A stretch of 61,944 nt of DNA, filler included, from an uncultured Methanosarcinales archaeon (GTDB lineage Archaea > Nanobdellota > Nanobdellia > Woesearchaeales > CAYVYK01), in NCBI GenBank assembly GCA_964455675.1. It is 2 parts of 2 records of this genome, joined end to end, with 100 filler letters (N's around TTAATTAATTAA, not from the genome) between each part and the next. Parts side by side here need not be neighbours in the genome. Positions count along the whole stretch, not along the records: positions 1 to 31,157 come from CAYVYK010000018.1; positions 31,258 to 61,944 come from CAYVYK010000019.1. One strand, given 5' to 3'. A program made the translations under genes and the position numbers. The notes under the pieces are model-generated. The model ran no database searches and was not told where the DNA came from. It saw only the letters and a list, made by a program, of their open reading frames with translations. Shown here piece by piece: positions 28,631 to 39,171 of the stretch (its first letter is position 1; each line of letters starts with the position of its first letter).

Positions 28631-31157
28631 ATGCGACGAAAAACGTGGCTGGACAGCAAGGTACTTTTTGCACTCAGCATTCTCATCCTCGTAGCAAGCA
28701 GCCTCTTTGGACTCTATAGCACCAGGACATACCTAGGAAAAATAGGATACATGCTGAATGGAACAGCAGGATACATCTATGAGATAGCCATCATCGTCGG
28801 AAGGGATGTCGACGCCTGGGCAGGTTTCTACGGAAACGTATTCAGAATGTCCGACGATGAGACGCTCAATTTCAACAAGACAATCTCCGGCGGCGAGATC
28901 AAAAGATACGACTTCACTCCAAACTGCATCGGCGTCACCGGGTATGACATGTATGCAAGCCTCGTCAATTGGGATCAAATCGTGCTTAATCCGAACACAA
29001 CAACAAGCGCGACCATGAATGATATCATTGATTTTATGGGATTTGTTGAGGATATCGAGTCAACAGAAAGCCCACGCGACTTCTATACAACAAATTATAC
29101 CGTAAACTACGGCGGGGTGCCCATCAACGCCCTCGCCGGATACACTTACCAGGCCGGAGTACCTGGCGATGACTTCGTCAATTTCGTACTCAAGGACGAA
29201 GCAGGCCACCTCCTATTTGGGTATGATGTTCGGTACGGCTATGTTGGATTTGACAGCCAAGTCCATAATTTCCAGCTCATGCTCCCCATGCCCGCGGGAC
29301 AGACAAACGTCACATGGTATTTTTTCCCTGATCCGGTTTCTGATAATCTTTCTCTGTGCCCCCTCATCTTTGTCGCACCCATCGTAGGATATGTCACGGA
29401 TAAAACTACAAGTGCTGGAGTCTCAAATGCCACGGTCAACATAACCGGGCTTGATGTTGGATTCAACACGCTCACCGATAGCAGGGGATACTACGAATTC
29501 CCGGAGATGGAATTAGACACACAGTACTTCATGATCACGTCAGCGAATGGATACCACTCAAAATATGAAGTCGTCAGTCATGTTTCCATGACAGTCATCA
29601 ATTACTCCGCAAATGGATCGGCGAACAATGGAACGTACCACAATATCTCACTCCTCCCTGACTTTGTTGGAGTCAATCTGAACGCATCGGTCCAGGGATA
29701 TGTCAGGGATAATAGTACCGGCTTACCTGTCGAAGGAGCTCTCGTCGCAGGAGCGGGGGGATCTGACTACACGGCAGATACTGGACACTATGGATTTGCC
29801 ACCAGATCTGGAGCAGACCAGCTATTCATCGGGTATCGTGATGGATATGAAATAGCCGTCTTCAACCTGACATTCGTGACATATGAGCGCAAGAATCACA
29901 GCTTCAATCTCACGCCCGCGGGAGCGCTCGCTGACATCAATGCAACATATTATGGAATCGTCACTGATGACTCTAGCGGAGAGATCATTCCAAACGCCAC
30001 AATCGTCATAGGAGCGCACGTCACAAACTCCACCGTAAATGGAACCTATAATCTCACCGTCGCAGCTGCGGAGTACAGGTACATCGTTGCGCTCAAGGAC
30101 CTCTATGACCCATACATCGGAGAATTAAAACGCAACTTGACAAACGCCACGAACGGAACGTACATCCAGTGGGGAATCGAGGAAGGAGAGAGCATCGGAT
30201 TCAACATCAGCATGCATAAAACAGCAGTAGAAAATCCCGCCACAGACACCGGATCAGGACCGGGCCTTGGGCCTGGAAGCGGGCCTGGAAGCGGAGAACC
30301 CGCCGAACAGGAGAAAAAAGCAGAGGAGTTACCTGCACAAATCAACGTTTATGTTAGCATCGACCAGATCAAGAAACGCGTCAACCAGGACTCATTCGTT
30401 GAGGAATCCTTAAGCATCTACAATTTTGGCGATCAAGTCCTCCAGGTCGAGCTCAGCGTGGAAGGAGCGGTCGCGCCACTCGTACAAATCGACAAACACA
30501 AGATAAGCCTCCTTCCCAACTCAAGCCAGGATATCAATATCAAGATGTTCGGACTTCTCGAGCCAAACATCTACTACGGCCAGCTGCTCATCAAAGGAGA
30601 CTTTAACGCAGTCATCCCTATCGAACTGACCATCGTCAAGGAAAGCAAGATCCCGGTCCATAGCCTTATAGTCAAGATCGAATCACTCAAGAATAGCATC
30701 TTCCGCGGGAGCGAATTCAGATACAAAGTTGACCTCATCAACCTACTGTCTGACAAGAACTATCAAGTTTACATGAATTTTACACTTACGAACGCTCTCA
30801 CCGGTGAAGTGCTGCCTCTCGGAGGCCAAAATGCCAGTATCCAGACGTTCCGCAGCATCCTTCGTAAAGGAGGAGTGCCAAAGGACATCACGCTTGGAGA
30901 CTATGTCCTAAGCGTTGAAGCGCACTACCTTGGACAGAGCTCTGTCGCAAATGCGCTCCTCACAATTACGGATCCGTTCTACAAGTACAACCTCTTCGGA
31001 ATTATTCCCATCTGGCTTTTATCGCTATTCATGAGCCTTTTCGTCATGGGATTTTTCCTTTTCGTCATCATCAAACGCAACATGGAAAAGAAGAAGCGCT
31101 TCCATGCTAAAATAGACTATGGACAAATGCCGCAGAAAGGAGAACGCAGCATCCTCG
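28631..31157 (+). CDS. Membrane-anchored protein: N-terminal 'GNV' domain, 3 carboxypeptidase-regulatory-like domains, Ig-like domains, TM; 3' truncated by the gap
   Basis: AGYIYEI...WAGFYGNV...GFDSQVHNFQLMLP...TWYFFPDP, then three 'G.V.D..TG..V.[NG]A.V' modules and a TM near 30990-31070. The ORF runs into Ns. Confidence 0.8.
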
Positions 31158-31257
31158 NNNNNNNNNNNNNNNNNNNNNNNNNNNNNNNNNNNNNNNNNNN
31201 NTTAATTAATTAANNNNNNNNNNNNNNNNNNNNNNNNNNNNNNNNNNNNNNNNNNNN
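31158..31257. other. Artificial scaffold/contig linker
   Basis: 100 nt made of N-run, TTAATTAATTAA (31202-31213, stop in all six frames), N-run. Confidence 0.95.
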
Positions 31258-34200
31258 TACAACCCAGAACAAACAGACACCGACGCAGACGGAACAGGAG
31301 ACGCATGCGACACGTGCATAAGCGATCCAGACAATGACGCAGACGGAGACGGCATATGCGGCGACCTTGACAACTGCGCTGAGATATACAACCCAGAACA
31401 AACAGACACCGACGCAGACGGAACAGGAGACGCATGCGACAACTGCCCACTCGACGCTCAAGATGATGAAGATGGAGATGGTATATGCGGCGACCTTGAT
31501 AACTGCCCAAGCGACTACAACCCAGAACAAGAGGATCATGATGCTGATGGCGTCGGAGATGCGTGCGATGCATGCCCTCACGATGCGGAGAATGATATCG
31601 ATGGCGACGGCACGTGCGGTGATACCGATAATTGCCCAAGCGATTACAACCCAGGTCAAGAAGACACAGATGTTGATGGAATAGGAGACGTATGCGACAA
31701 CTGCCCAAGCGACCCAGGAAATGATCTTGATATGGATGGCATATGCAGCGGCATCGACAATTGCCCAGCTATCTATAATCCAGGACAGGAAGATGCTGAC
31801 ACCGATGGAATAGGGGACGCATGCGACACGTGCATTGATGACCCTGACAATGATATTGATGGTGACCAGGTTTGCGGAGACTCCGACAACTGCCCAAGCG
31901 TCTACAACCCAGGACAGGAAAACAGCGATGGGGATGGTACTGGAGATGCGTGCGACAGCTGCCCACTTGATGATGAGGATGACTTTGATAGTGATGGAAC
32001 GTGCGGTAACGAAGACAATTGCAGATACACGTACAACCCCCTCCAAGAAGACAGCGACTCTGACGGAATTGGGGACCACTGCGACAACTGCCCAAGCGAT
32101 CCCTTGAATGATGCAGACGGAGATGGCTACTGCGCTGACTATGACAATTGCCCGCTCGTGTACAACCCTGATCAAACAGACAGCGATTCTGACAGTATCG
32201 GGGATGCATGCGATACGTGCGTGAATGATCCACAGAACGATCCTGATGCGGACGGCATCTGCGGAGACATCGATAACTGCCCGCTTGACTACAATCCAGG
32301 ACAGGAAAACAGCGATGGGGATGGATCAGGAGACGCGTGCGACGAATGCCCATACGACGCTGAAAATGACGCGGACGGAGACGGCGTGTGCGCAGATACT
32401 GACAACTGCCCAGATGCATTCAATCCAGACCAAACAGATGAAGATGCGGATACGATCGGGGATGCATGTGACGCATGCCCACTTGACGCAGAAAACGATA
32501 TCGACGCAGACAGCCTATGCGCTGACGCTGACAACTGCCCAACAGCATACAATCCATTACAAGAAGATGAAGATAGCGATGGCATTGGAGACATCTGCGA
32601 TGCATGCATGAACGATCCAGAAAATGATATCGATGGAGACGGTGCATGCGCGGATGGCGACAACTGCCCAACCACGTACAATCCAGATCAAGCCGATAGC
32701 GACGGCGATTTCACAGGAGACGCGTGCGACACCTGCCCACTCGACGCAGAAAATGACGCTGACGGAGACAGCGTGTGCGCAGATACTGACAACTGCGCAG
32801 ATACTTACAATCCCGACCAAATGGATGCAGACGGAGACGGAACGGGAGACGCATGCGATACCTGCCCACTTGACGCAGAAAACGATATCGACGCAGACAG
32901 CCTATGCGCTGACGCTGACAACTGCCCAACAGCATACAATCCAGATCAGAACGATACCGACGGAGACGGAACGGGAGATGCATGCGACACGTGCATGGAT
33001 GATCCTGACAACGATATCGACGGGGACGGAGTCTGCGGAGAAGTAGACAACTGCCCAAGCGACTACAACCCAGAACAAACAGACAGCGACAGCGATGGGC
33101 TTGGAGACGCGTGCGACGAGTGTATTTACGATCCAGACAATGATATTGATGGGGATGGAAGCTGCGGGAATGAGGACAACTGCCCAACGGAATACAATCC
33201 AGATCAAGCCGATGCCGATCACGACGGCACCGGCGACATCTGCGACTCCTGCATGAATGATCCAGAAAATGATGCGGACGGCGATGGCATTTGCGGAGAT
33301 ACTGACAACTGCCCGCTCGCGCCCAACCCAGATCAGGCAGATGAGGATATGGATGAGGTAGGCGATGCATGCGATGCGTGCACTGACGATCCATTAAATG
33401 ATATTGATGGTGACGGTGTGTGCGGAGATATCGACAACTGCCCAGCAACTTACAATCCTGACCAACTAGACACTGATGGAGACGGAACGGGAGATGCATG
33501 CGACACTTGCGGAGACGATCCAGAGAATGATATTGACGCAGACGGCGTGTGCGGCGACCTCGACAACTGCCCAAGCGACTACAACCCAGAACAAACAGAC
33601 AGCGACAGCGATGGAGCGGGTGATAGCTGTGACATCTGCCCCCTTGACGCACAGGATGATGCTGATACTGACGGAATATGCGGAGACGTCGACAATTGCC
33701 CAGATGATTCCAATCCAGATCAAACAGACAGTGATGATGATGGAACGGGAGATGCATGCGACGCATGCACTGACGATCCAGAGAATGATATTGACGCAGA
33801 CAGCGTGTGCGGCGACCTTGACAACTGCCCAACAGCATACAATCCAGACCAGAACGATACCGACGGAGACGGAACGGGAGATGCATGCGACACTTGCGGA
33901 GACGATCCAGAGAATGATATTGACGCAGACGGCGTGTGCGGCGACCTCGACAACTGCCCAAGCGACTACAACCCAGAACAAACAGACAGCGACAGTGACG
34001 GAATGGGAAATGCGTGTGACGCATGTCCTCATGACGCAGAAAATGACGCGGACGCCGATGGATTCTGTGCGGACACTGACAACTGCCCCGACGTATGCAA
34101 CCCAACCCAAGAAGATGCAGACGAAGACGGCATCGGCGATGCATGCGACACGTGCCCACTTGACTCGGAAAACGACGGTGATTCTGATGGATACTGCGGA

Positions 34201-34280
34201 GACACCGACAACTGTCCAAGCATGAGCAATCCAGGACAGGAAGACTGCAACGAGGATGGAATCGGCGATGCGTGCGACGC
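31258..34280 (+). repeat. 129-bp-period coding tandem repeat array (TSP3-like)
   Basis: 43-codon unit with some near-identical DNA copies, e.g. about 33481-33608 vs about 33868-33995. Confidence 0.9.
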
Positions 34281-35655
34281 GATAAATCCCGATGCTGCCG
34301 AAGACTGCAATGGCGTAGACGACAACTGCAATGGCGAAACTGACGAAGGAATATCACAGGAATGCGGAACGGGAGTCTGCGCTGGAACACGAACATGCAT
34401 CGATGGCGAATTCAGCGCGTGCTCAAGCAACGGCAATGACGCAGGAGTCTGCGCATCATGCAATACCGACGGAGACGCCGCATATGATGAGGCCCAAGAC
34501 AACGACTGCAGCCTCTACAGCATTGCACCAATCGAACAATGCACGTACGATCCTGATGGAATAGATACAACACTTGACAGCTACAGCGGATTTACCTCAG
34601 CATGCATTGCGATCAACGAATGCAGCCAGGCAGGGGAATGGCAGAACGAAATCACCCACGCATGCGACAGCGCGTGTGGGGCAAGCTGCGAGATCGACAG
34701 CGATTGCGACGATGGAAATGCCCTCACAGATGACACGTGCACGGCCGACTGCGGCTGCAGCTATGAACCTGTGAACGACTGCGTCACGGACTCAGACTGC
34801 GACGACGGACTCTACTGCAACGGCGCAGAGATATGCGACACTAGCGGCTACTGCCAGAGCGGGCAGATTATCGACTGCAGCATGTATGATATCCATGTGA
34901 ACGAATGCGCGTACAATCCCGACGGCAACAACGCAACACTTGACAGCTATCACTACACATCAATCTGCGATGAAGACCAGAATGCATGCGTCGCGATAAC
35001 GGCATGGGAAGGATACATCTCACACTCCTGCAGCATGAACATCTGCGGCGCAGAATGCGAAAGCGATGCTGACTGCAACGACGCAAATCCTGGAACTGCC
35101 GATACTTGCCTCTCGAGCTGCGCGTGCGAACACGTGCTCGAATGCACAGAGGACGCGGATTGCGACGTCAAAGACGGATGGTATGACACCGGCAAGACCC
35201 AGTATGTCAAGGTCGACCGGTACGAAGAAGCAGAGGAGAAAGAACAGGAATACCGGGACTACCACTGCACAGAATTCGGATGCCAGTACGAGGTTACTGG
35301 AACACACTGGACAAGAAGCGGACAAACGCGACAAGTCGACAATCCAGAACTCTACATCGGTAATATCAACATGGATGAACGGGTAAAAGCAGGAACGCCT
35401 CTTGACATCAGCTTCAACCTCGTCAACTCCGGAAATGTCGAACTTAGAGGAGTAACGATCACCGCGGTCATCGCAGAACTTACGCTCCGCGACCGTGTCG
35501 GACCGTTCAGGCTCTCGGATGGAGACGTCACGAGCAAACAGCTCAGGATTGACATTCCGCGCGGAACACCACGAGGAGAATATTATGTCCGGTTCAGCAT
35601 CATGACTGACGATGGCATTACCCGCGTGAAGTACCGGCCCGTAATCGTAGAATAA
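31258..35655 (+). CDS. Thrombospondin type 3 repeat (Ca-binding) Cys/Asp-rich extracellular protein, 5' truncated, with C-terminal CARDB/Ig-like domain
   Basis: The frame is open from the gap edge, in frame with 31732. At least 23 copies of the 43-aa unit DNCPxxYNPxQxDxDxDGxGDACDxCxxDxxNDxDxDGxCGDx, then an ExCNGxDDNCNGxTDEG motif and Cys-rich repeats. Confidence 0.9.
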   Translation, partial: YNPEQTDTDADGTGDACDTCISDPDNDADGDGICGDLDNCAEIYNPEQTDTDADGTGDACDNCPLDAQDDEDGDGICGDLDNCPSDYNPEQEDHDADGVGDACDACPHDAENDIDGDGTCGDTDNCPSDYNPGQEDTDVDGIGDVCDNCPSDPGNDLDMDGICSGIDNCPAIYNPGQEDADTDGIGDACDTCIDDPDNDIDGDQVCGDSDNCPSVYNPGQENSDGDGTGDACDSCPLDDEDDFDSDGTCGNEDNCRYTYNPLQEDSDSDGIGDHCDNCPSDPLNDADGDGYCADYDNCPLVYNPDQTDSDSDSIGDACDTCVNDPQNDPDADGICGDIDNCPLDYNPGQENSDGDGSGDACDECPYDAENDADGDGVCADTDNCPDAFNPDQTDEDADTIGDACDACPLDAENDIDADSLCADADNCPTAYNPLQEDEDSDGIGDICDACMNDPENDIDGDGACADGDNCPTTYNPDQADSDGDFTGDACDTCPLDAENDADGDSVCADTDNCADTYNPDQMDADGDGTGDACDTCPLDAENDIDADSLCADADNCPTAYNPDQNDTDGDGTGDACDTCMDDPDNDIDGDGVCGEVDNCPSDYNPEQTDSDSDGLGDACDECIYDPDNDIDGDGSCGNEDNCPTEYNPDQADADHDGTGDICDSCMNDPENDADGDGICGDTDNCPLAPNPDQADEDMDEVGDACDACTDDPLNDIDGDGVCGDIDNCPATYNPDQLDTDGDGTGDACDTCGDDPENDIDADGVCGDLDNCPSDYNPEQTDSDSDGAGDSCDICPLDAQDDADTDGICGDVDNCPDDSNPDQTDSDDDGTGDACDACTDDPENDIDADSVCGDLDNCPTAYNPDQNDTDGDGTGDACDTCGDDPENDIDADGVCGDLDNCPSDYNPEQTDSDSDGMGNACDACPHDAENDADADGFCADTDNCPDVCNPTQEDADEDGIGDACDTCPLDSENDGDSDGYCGDTDNCPSMSNPGQEDCNEDGIGDACDAINPDAAEDCNGVDDNCNGETDEGISQECGTGVCAGTRTCIDGEFSACSSNGNDAGVCASCNTDGDAAYDEAQDNDCSLYSIAPIEQCTYDPDGIDTTLDSYSGFTSACIAINECSQAGEWQNEITHACDSACGASCEIDSDCDDGNALTDDTCTADCGCSYEPVNDCVTDSDCDDGLYCNGAEICDTSGYCQSGQIIDCSMYDIHVNECAYNPDGNNATLDSYHYTSICDEDQNACVAITAWEGYISHSCSMNICGAECESDADCNDANPGTADTCLSSCACEHVLECTEDADCDVKDGWYDTGKTQYVKVDRYEEAEEKEQEYRDYHCTEFGCQYEVTGTHWTRSGQTRQVDNPELYIGNINMDERVKAGTPLDISFNLVNSGNVELRGVTITAVIAELTLRDRVGPFRLSDGDVTSKQLRIDIPRGTPRGEYYVRFSIMTDDGITRVKYRPVIVE

Positions 35656-35760
35656 CTAACACTTTTTTTCCCTTGTTCGATCATTTGAGAATAATCCATT
35701 CTTTCCTAATCATCCGCCCTTTATGGATGTCTTTGTTCTAATGCCATCCACGATATTTAC

Positions 35761-36930
35761 CTAGCCAAGCAACTTGTGGTTATGACGGATGAGATGGCGT
35801 ATCACGAGCGGGAACGTTACGGTCGTCAGAATAGCCATAATGACAAGCCCCGTGTAAATTTCCGGCGTGATGAGACCTGCCCTCCTCGCAACCTCTGCAA
35901 TGACGAGCTCAACAGCACCGCGTGAATTCATCGCCCAACCGATCACGTGAGTCTGGCTGAAGGACAAATCCGTGAAGGGCGTTGCCACAAGAGCACCAAT
36001 CAATTTACTTGCAGTCGCCGCGAACGTGATGAGGATAATGAGCCACCAATGCTCTATGAGTGCGGCAAGATCCAGGTTCAAACCGATATAGATAAAGAAG
36101 AACGGAACCGCAATACTGAACGTGACAATCTTCAGCTCATGAACAGTCTCATAATGCTCGGACCGCTTGCGTTCCACAAGATGGATGAGAATACCTGCAA
36201 TAAACGCACCAATGACGGGACCCAAGTCCAGCTGATTTGAAAGAACCGCGACGAAGAGCGCGAAAATCAAGATGGCAGAAAACGTGGAAATCCTCGAACG
36301 CTCCTGATGAACAAAGCGGATGAGCAATGGAAGGAACCGATACGAGAGATAAACGATCGCGATGAATAACAGGATCTTTGCGGGAATCCACACGAGCGCA
36401 GCAACGTCACCAGCAGCGAGAAGGATTACAGCAGAGAGGAACAGGATCTCAAAGATGTCGTCCAGAATACCCGCACCAATGATAATCACGCCAAGCTTTG
36501 TATTGAGGGCACGCAAATCCATAAGCACCTTGAGCTTCGTACCTTCCGCCGTAAGACTGAGCGCCGCCCCAACCACAAACCCCACAAGGGATGAATATCC
36601 AAGAAGCTTCATGAGAATGAATCCGAACACAAACGGGAAAAAAACACTGAATGCCGCGATGATAAGCACATCACGCTCAACTTTTACAAACTTCGCGAGA
36701 TTGAGCTGAAGCCCCGTCAGCAAGAGCAGGAAGATGACACCAAGATCAGAGAGAAAAGAAACGGTAGAAAGAGCCTTATCCGTGAAGACCACATGAATCG
36801 CTGGAATCGTCAAGACAATACCTGCAAGAATTTGGGCGATCTCAGTCGGATAGTGAAGCTTACGAAAGAGTTCCGAGAGGACAAAGGCCGTGAAGAGGCA
36901 CAGGACGACAATACTTAAGGTGTCCAGCAT
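35761..36930 (-). CDS. Cation:proton antiporter (CPA2 / Na+/H+ exchanger family)
   Basis: About 12 TM helices, LGVIFLLLLTGL, GAGILDD, GAFIAG, SRGAVELVIA. Confidence 0.9.
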   Translation of the reverse strand: MLDTLSIVVLCLFTAFVLSELFRKLHYPTEIAQILAGIVLTIPAIHVVFTDKALSTVSFLSDLGVIFLLLLTGLQLNLAKFVKVERDVLIIAAFSVFFPFVFGFILMKLLGYSSLVGFVVGAALSLTAEGTKLKVLMDLRALNTKLGVIIIGAGILDDIFEILFLSAVILLAAGDVAALVWIPAKILLFIAIVYLSYRFLPLLIRFVHQERSRISTFSAILIFALFVAVLSNQLDLGPVIGAFIAGILIHLVERKRSEHYETVHELKIVTFSIAVPFFFIYIGLNLDLAALIEHWWLIILITFAATASKLIGALVATPFTDLSFSQTHVIGWAMNSRGAVELVIAEVARRAGLITPEIYTGLVIMAILTTVTFPLVIRHLIRHNHKLLG

Positions 36931-37097
36931 ACAGACGGTTCCAGGATTTCGTGGTTTAAATACTTAATGCATGGCATCCAGGGCCTTCCTTATCATTCCT
37001 GCTGCTTTGCGAGTGTCCATGACACTCCCAACCATGAACATTGAGCGAGCGTGACGGTGCGCAAACCATTTATAATGAGCCACTCTTACCTTCCGGC

Positions 37098-38831
37098 ATG
37101 GAAGAATTCATCGCAGAGTTTGTGAAGGAAGTCCTGGCTGGCGAGAAAAACATCCATTCACTCAAGATGAGACTCTGCAAGAAGCACAGAATAGCGCGCG
37201 TTCCTAGCAACATCGAGATCTATGTGCAACTCCCGGAACTCCCTGATGTTAATGCTCACCGAGTACAGCAAGTGTTACTGACAAAACCCGTGCGATCACT
37301 CTCAGGAGTCGCTGTCATCGCCGTCATGGACAAACCAGGTCCTTGCCCGCATGGGAGGTGCCTCTACTGCCCTGGGGGAATTGGCAGCCCATATGGGGAC
37401 ACCCCGCAAAGCTACACCGGAAAAGAGCCATCAGCACTCCGAGCGCTGCGTCACGAGTATAACAGTTACAGAATCGTCTTCAACAGGCTTGAACAGTACA
37501 TCGTCGGCGGACACGTACCCGAAAAGGTCGATGTGATCATTCAAGGGGGAACTTTCCCCGCAACGAGCTACGAGCACCAGGATGAAGTCGTTAGCGGGAT
37601 ATTTCAATCACTCAACGATTTCTCGAGGGAGTTCTTTCCGCACGGAGAATTCTCCTGGGAACGGTTCAGGACATTCTTTGAGCTGCCAGGACACAGAGAA
37701 GACAAAGCGAGGGAAGCGCGTATCAACGAGCGAGTGATACACCTGCAGGCGGCGCATACGAACACGCTCAAACATCTTCAAGCCGAGAATGAACGGGCAA
37801 AAATACGATGCATCGGCCTTACGATCGAAACAAAACCAGACTGGGGAACATGGAGCCATGGAAACGAAATGCTCGAGCTAGGCGCAACACGCGTGGAACT
37901 AGGCATCCAAACCGTGTATGACGAGGTCCTCGAGAGGGTGCATCGAGGACATGACATAGAGACATCAGTGCATTCCATCCGCGAACTCAAGGACCTAGGG
38001 TTCAAGCTCAACTTCCATATGATGCCCGGGCTTCCCGGCGTCACAAAAGAAGAGGACATCGCGGCGCTCCGGACAATATTCACGGATCCCAACTACATGC
38101 CTGACATGCTCAAGATCTATCCAACGATGGTGATGCCCGGGACGGGCCTTTGGACTGCATGGAAAAAGGGAGAGTATACACCGCTATCAACCGAGAAGGC
38201 CGCAGAAATCATCGCGGAAGCGAAGCGTGACGTGCCAGAATGGTGCAGGATCATGAGAGTACAACGCGACATCCCAACAAAATACACGGGAGCAGGCGTT
38301 GACAAGACAAACCTACGACAGTATGTCGAACAGAAGTGCAAGGAAAAAGGTATAGAGTGCAGGTGCATCAGGTGCCGCGAGATCAAGGATGAAGTCGCCG
38401 AAACGTGGAACATCAGGGTGAGCGAATACACTGCGTCACATGGACGAGAGTTCTTTATTCAGGCAGAGCACAATGACAGACTCCTAGGATTTGTGCGCAT
38501 GAGATTCCCCTCGCAAATCCTTCGGCCGGAAATCACGAAACACTCCGCATTGATACGAGAGCTTCACGTGTACGGCCGAACACTCGCGCTCGGGGAGCGG
38601 CACACGGACAGCATCCAGCACCGAGGCATCGGAAAAGAACTCATGCGGCGCGCAGAAGAGATCGCAAAACGCCATGGAAAAGACAAGATGCTCGTCATCT
38701 CAGGAGTTGGAGTGCGGGAGTACTTCAGGAAGATAGGGTATGAGCTCGAAGAAGTCTACATGGTCAAAAAACTTACTCATTCAACATCAAGAACGGATGA
38801 TTCTCCAAGTACAGTATCCGTACGATCATAG
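37098..38831 (+). CDS. elp3: Elp3 tRNA uridine(34) acetyltransferase (radical SAM + GNAT)
   Basis: TKPVRSLSGVAVIAVM, CPHGRCLYCPGG, QSYTGKEP, GGTF, ETKPDW, RVQRDIP, IRELHVYG, QHRGIG, ISGVGVREY. Confidence 0.95.
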   Translation: MEEFIAEFVKEVLAGEKNIHSLKMRLCKKHRIARVPSNIEIYVQLPELPDVNAHRVQQVLLTKPVRSLSGVAVIAVMDKPGPCPHGRCLYCPGGIGSPYGDTPQSYTGKEPSALRALRHEYNSYRIVFNRLEQYIVGGHVPEKVDVIIQGGTFPATSYEHQDEVVSGIFQSLNDFSREFFPHGEFSWERFRTFFELPGHREDKAREARINERVIHLQAAHTNTLKHLQAENERAKIRCIGLTIETKPDWGTWSHGNEMLELGATRVELGIQTVYDEVLERVHRGHDIETSVHSIRELKDLGFKLNFHMMPGLPGVTKEEDIAALRTIFTDPNYMPDMLKIYPTMVMPGTGLWTAWKKGEYTPLSTEKAAEIIAEAKRDVPEWCRIMRVQRDIPTKYTGAGVDKTNLRQYVEQKCKEKGIECRCIRCREIKDEVAETWNIRVSEYTASHGREFFIQAEHNDRLLGFVRMRFPSQILRPEITKHSALIRELHVYGRTLALGERHTDSIQHRGIGKELMRRAEEIAKRHGKDKMLVISGVGVREYFRKIGYELEEVYMVKKLTHSTSRTDDSPSTVSVRS

Positions 38832-39136
38832 CAACGGAATTCCACGATATAATGCGCTACTTGCTTATCGATAACCTTTGAAGGAGCAACACCAGGGTTC
38901 AACAGATCCCAGACGTGCATATCTGCAGGAGAATAAGCACGACCCTGCTCGTGATGCACTGCCTGCAAATACTCCACAGCAGACGCGACCATACGCAAAA
39001 ATGCGTCCTCTGCTCGTGGAGCACGTAAGGTTATGGGAAGCTCAAGACATTCTGCTGTTACCTGCTCCTCGAGCGGAAGATTATACGGCACACGATAGGC
39101 AACGATGCGAATACTGTCCTTAAAAGTTTTTTGCAT
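38777..39136 (-). CDS. Hypothetical protein with a weak HicB-like N-terminal fold
   Basis: VTAECLELPITLRAPRAEDAFLRMVASAVEYL resembles HicB 'A.C.EL....G.T.EEA......AI..YL'. Overlaps the elp3 3' end. Confidence 0.45.
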   Translation of the reverse strand: MQKTFKDSIRIVAYRVPYNLPLEEQVTAECLELPITLRAPRAEDAFLRMVASAVEYLQAVHHEQGRAYSPADMHVWDLLNPGVAPSKVIDKQVAHYIVEFRCYDRTDTVLGESSVLDVE

Positions 39137-39171
39137 ACGAAAGAAAGATAGAACAGAGTATAAAATGATTA

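Noticed and set aside
31158..31257. TTAATTAATTAA palindrome within Ns, and a possible fusion of the 28631 ORF with the TSP3 protein
   Set aside because: This is an artificial six-frame stop linker. The stop at 31213 is not biological and linkage of the two sides is unproven.
31202..34502. Long alternative-frame and antisense ORFs (e.g. 32711..34396 -, 31210..32175 -)
   Set aside because: Shadows of the repetitive TSP3 coding sequence.
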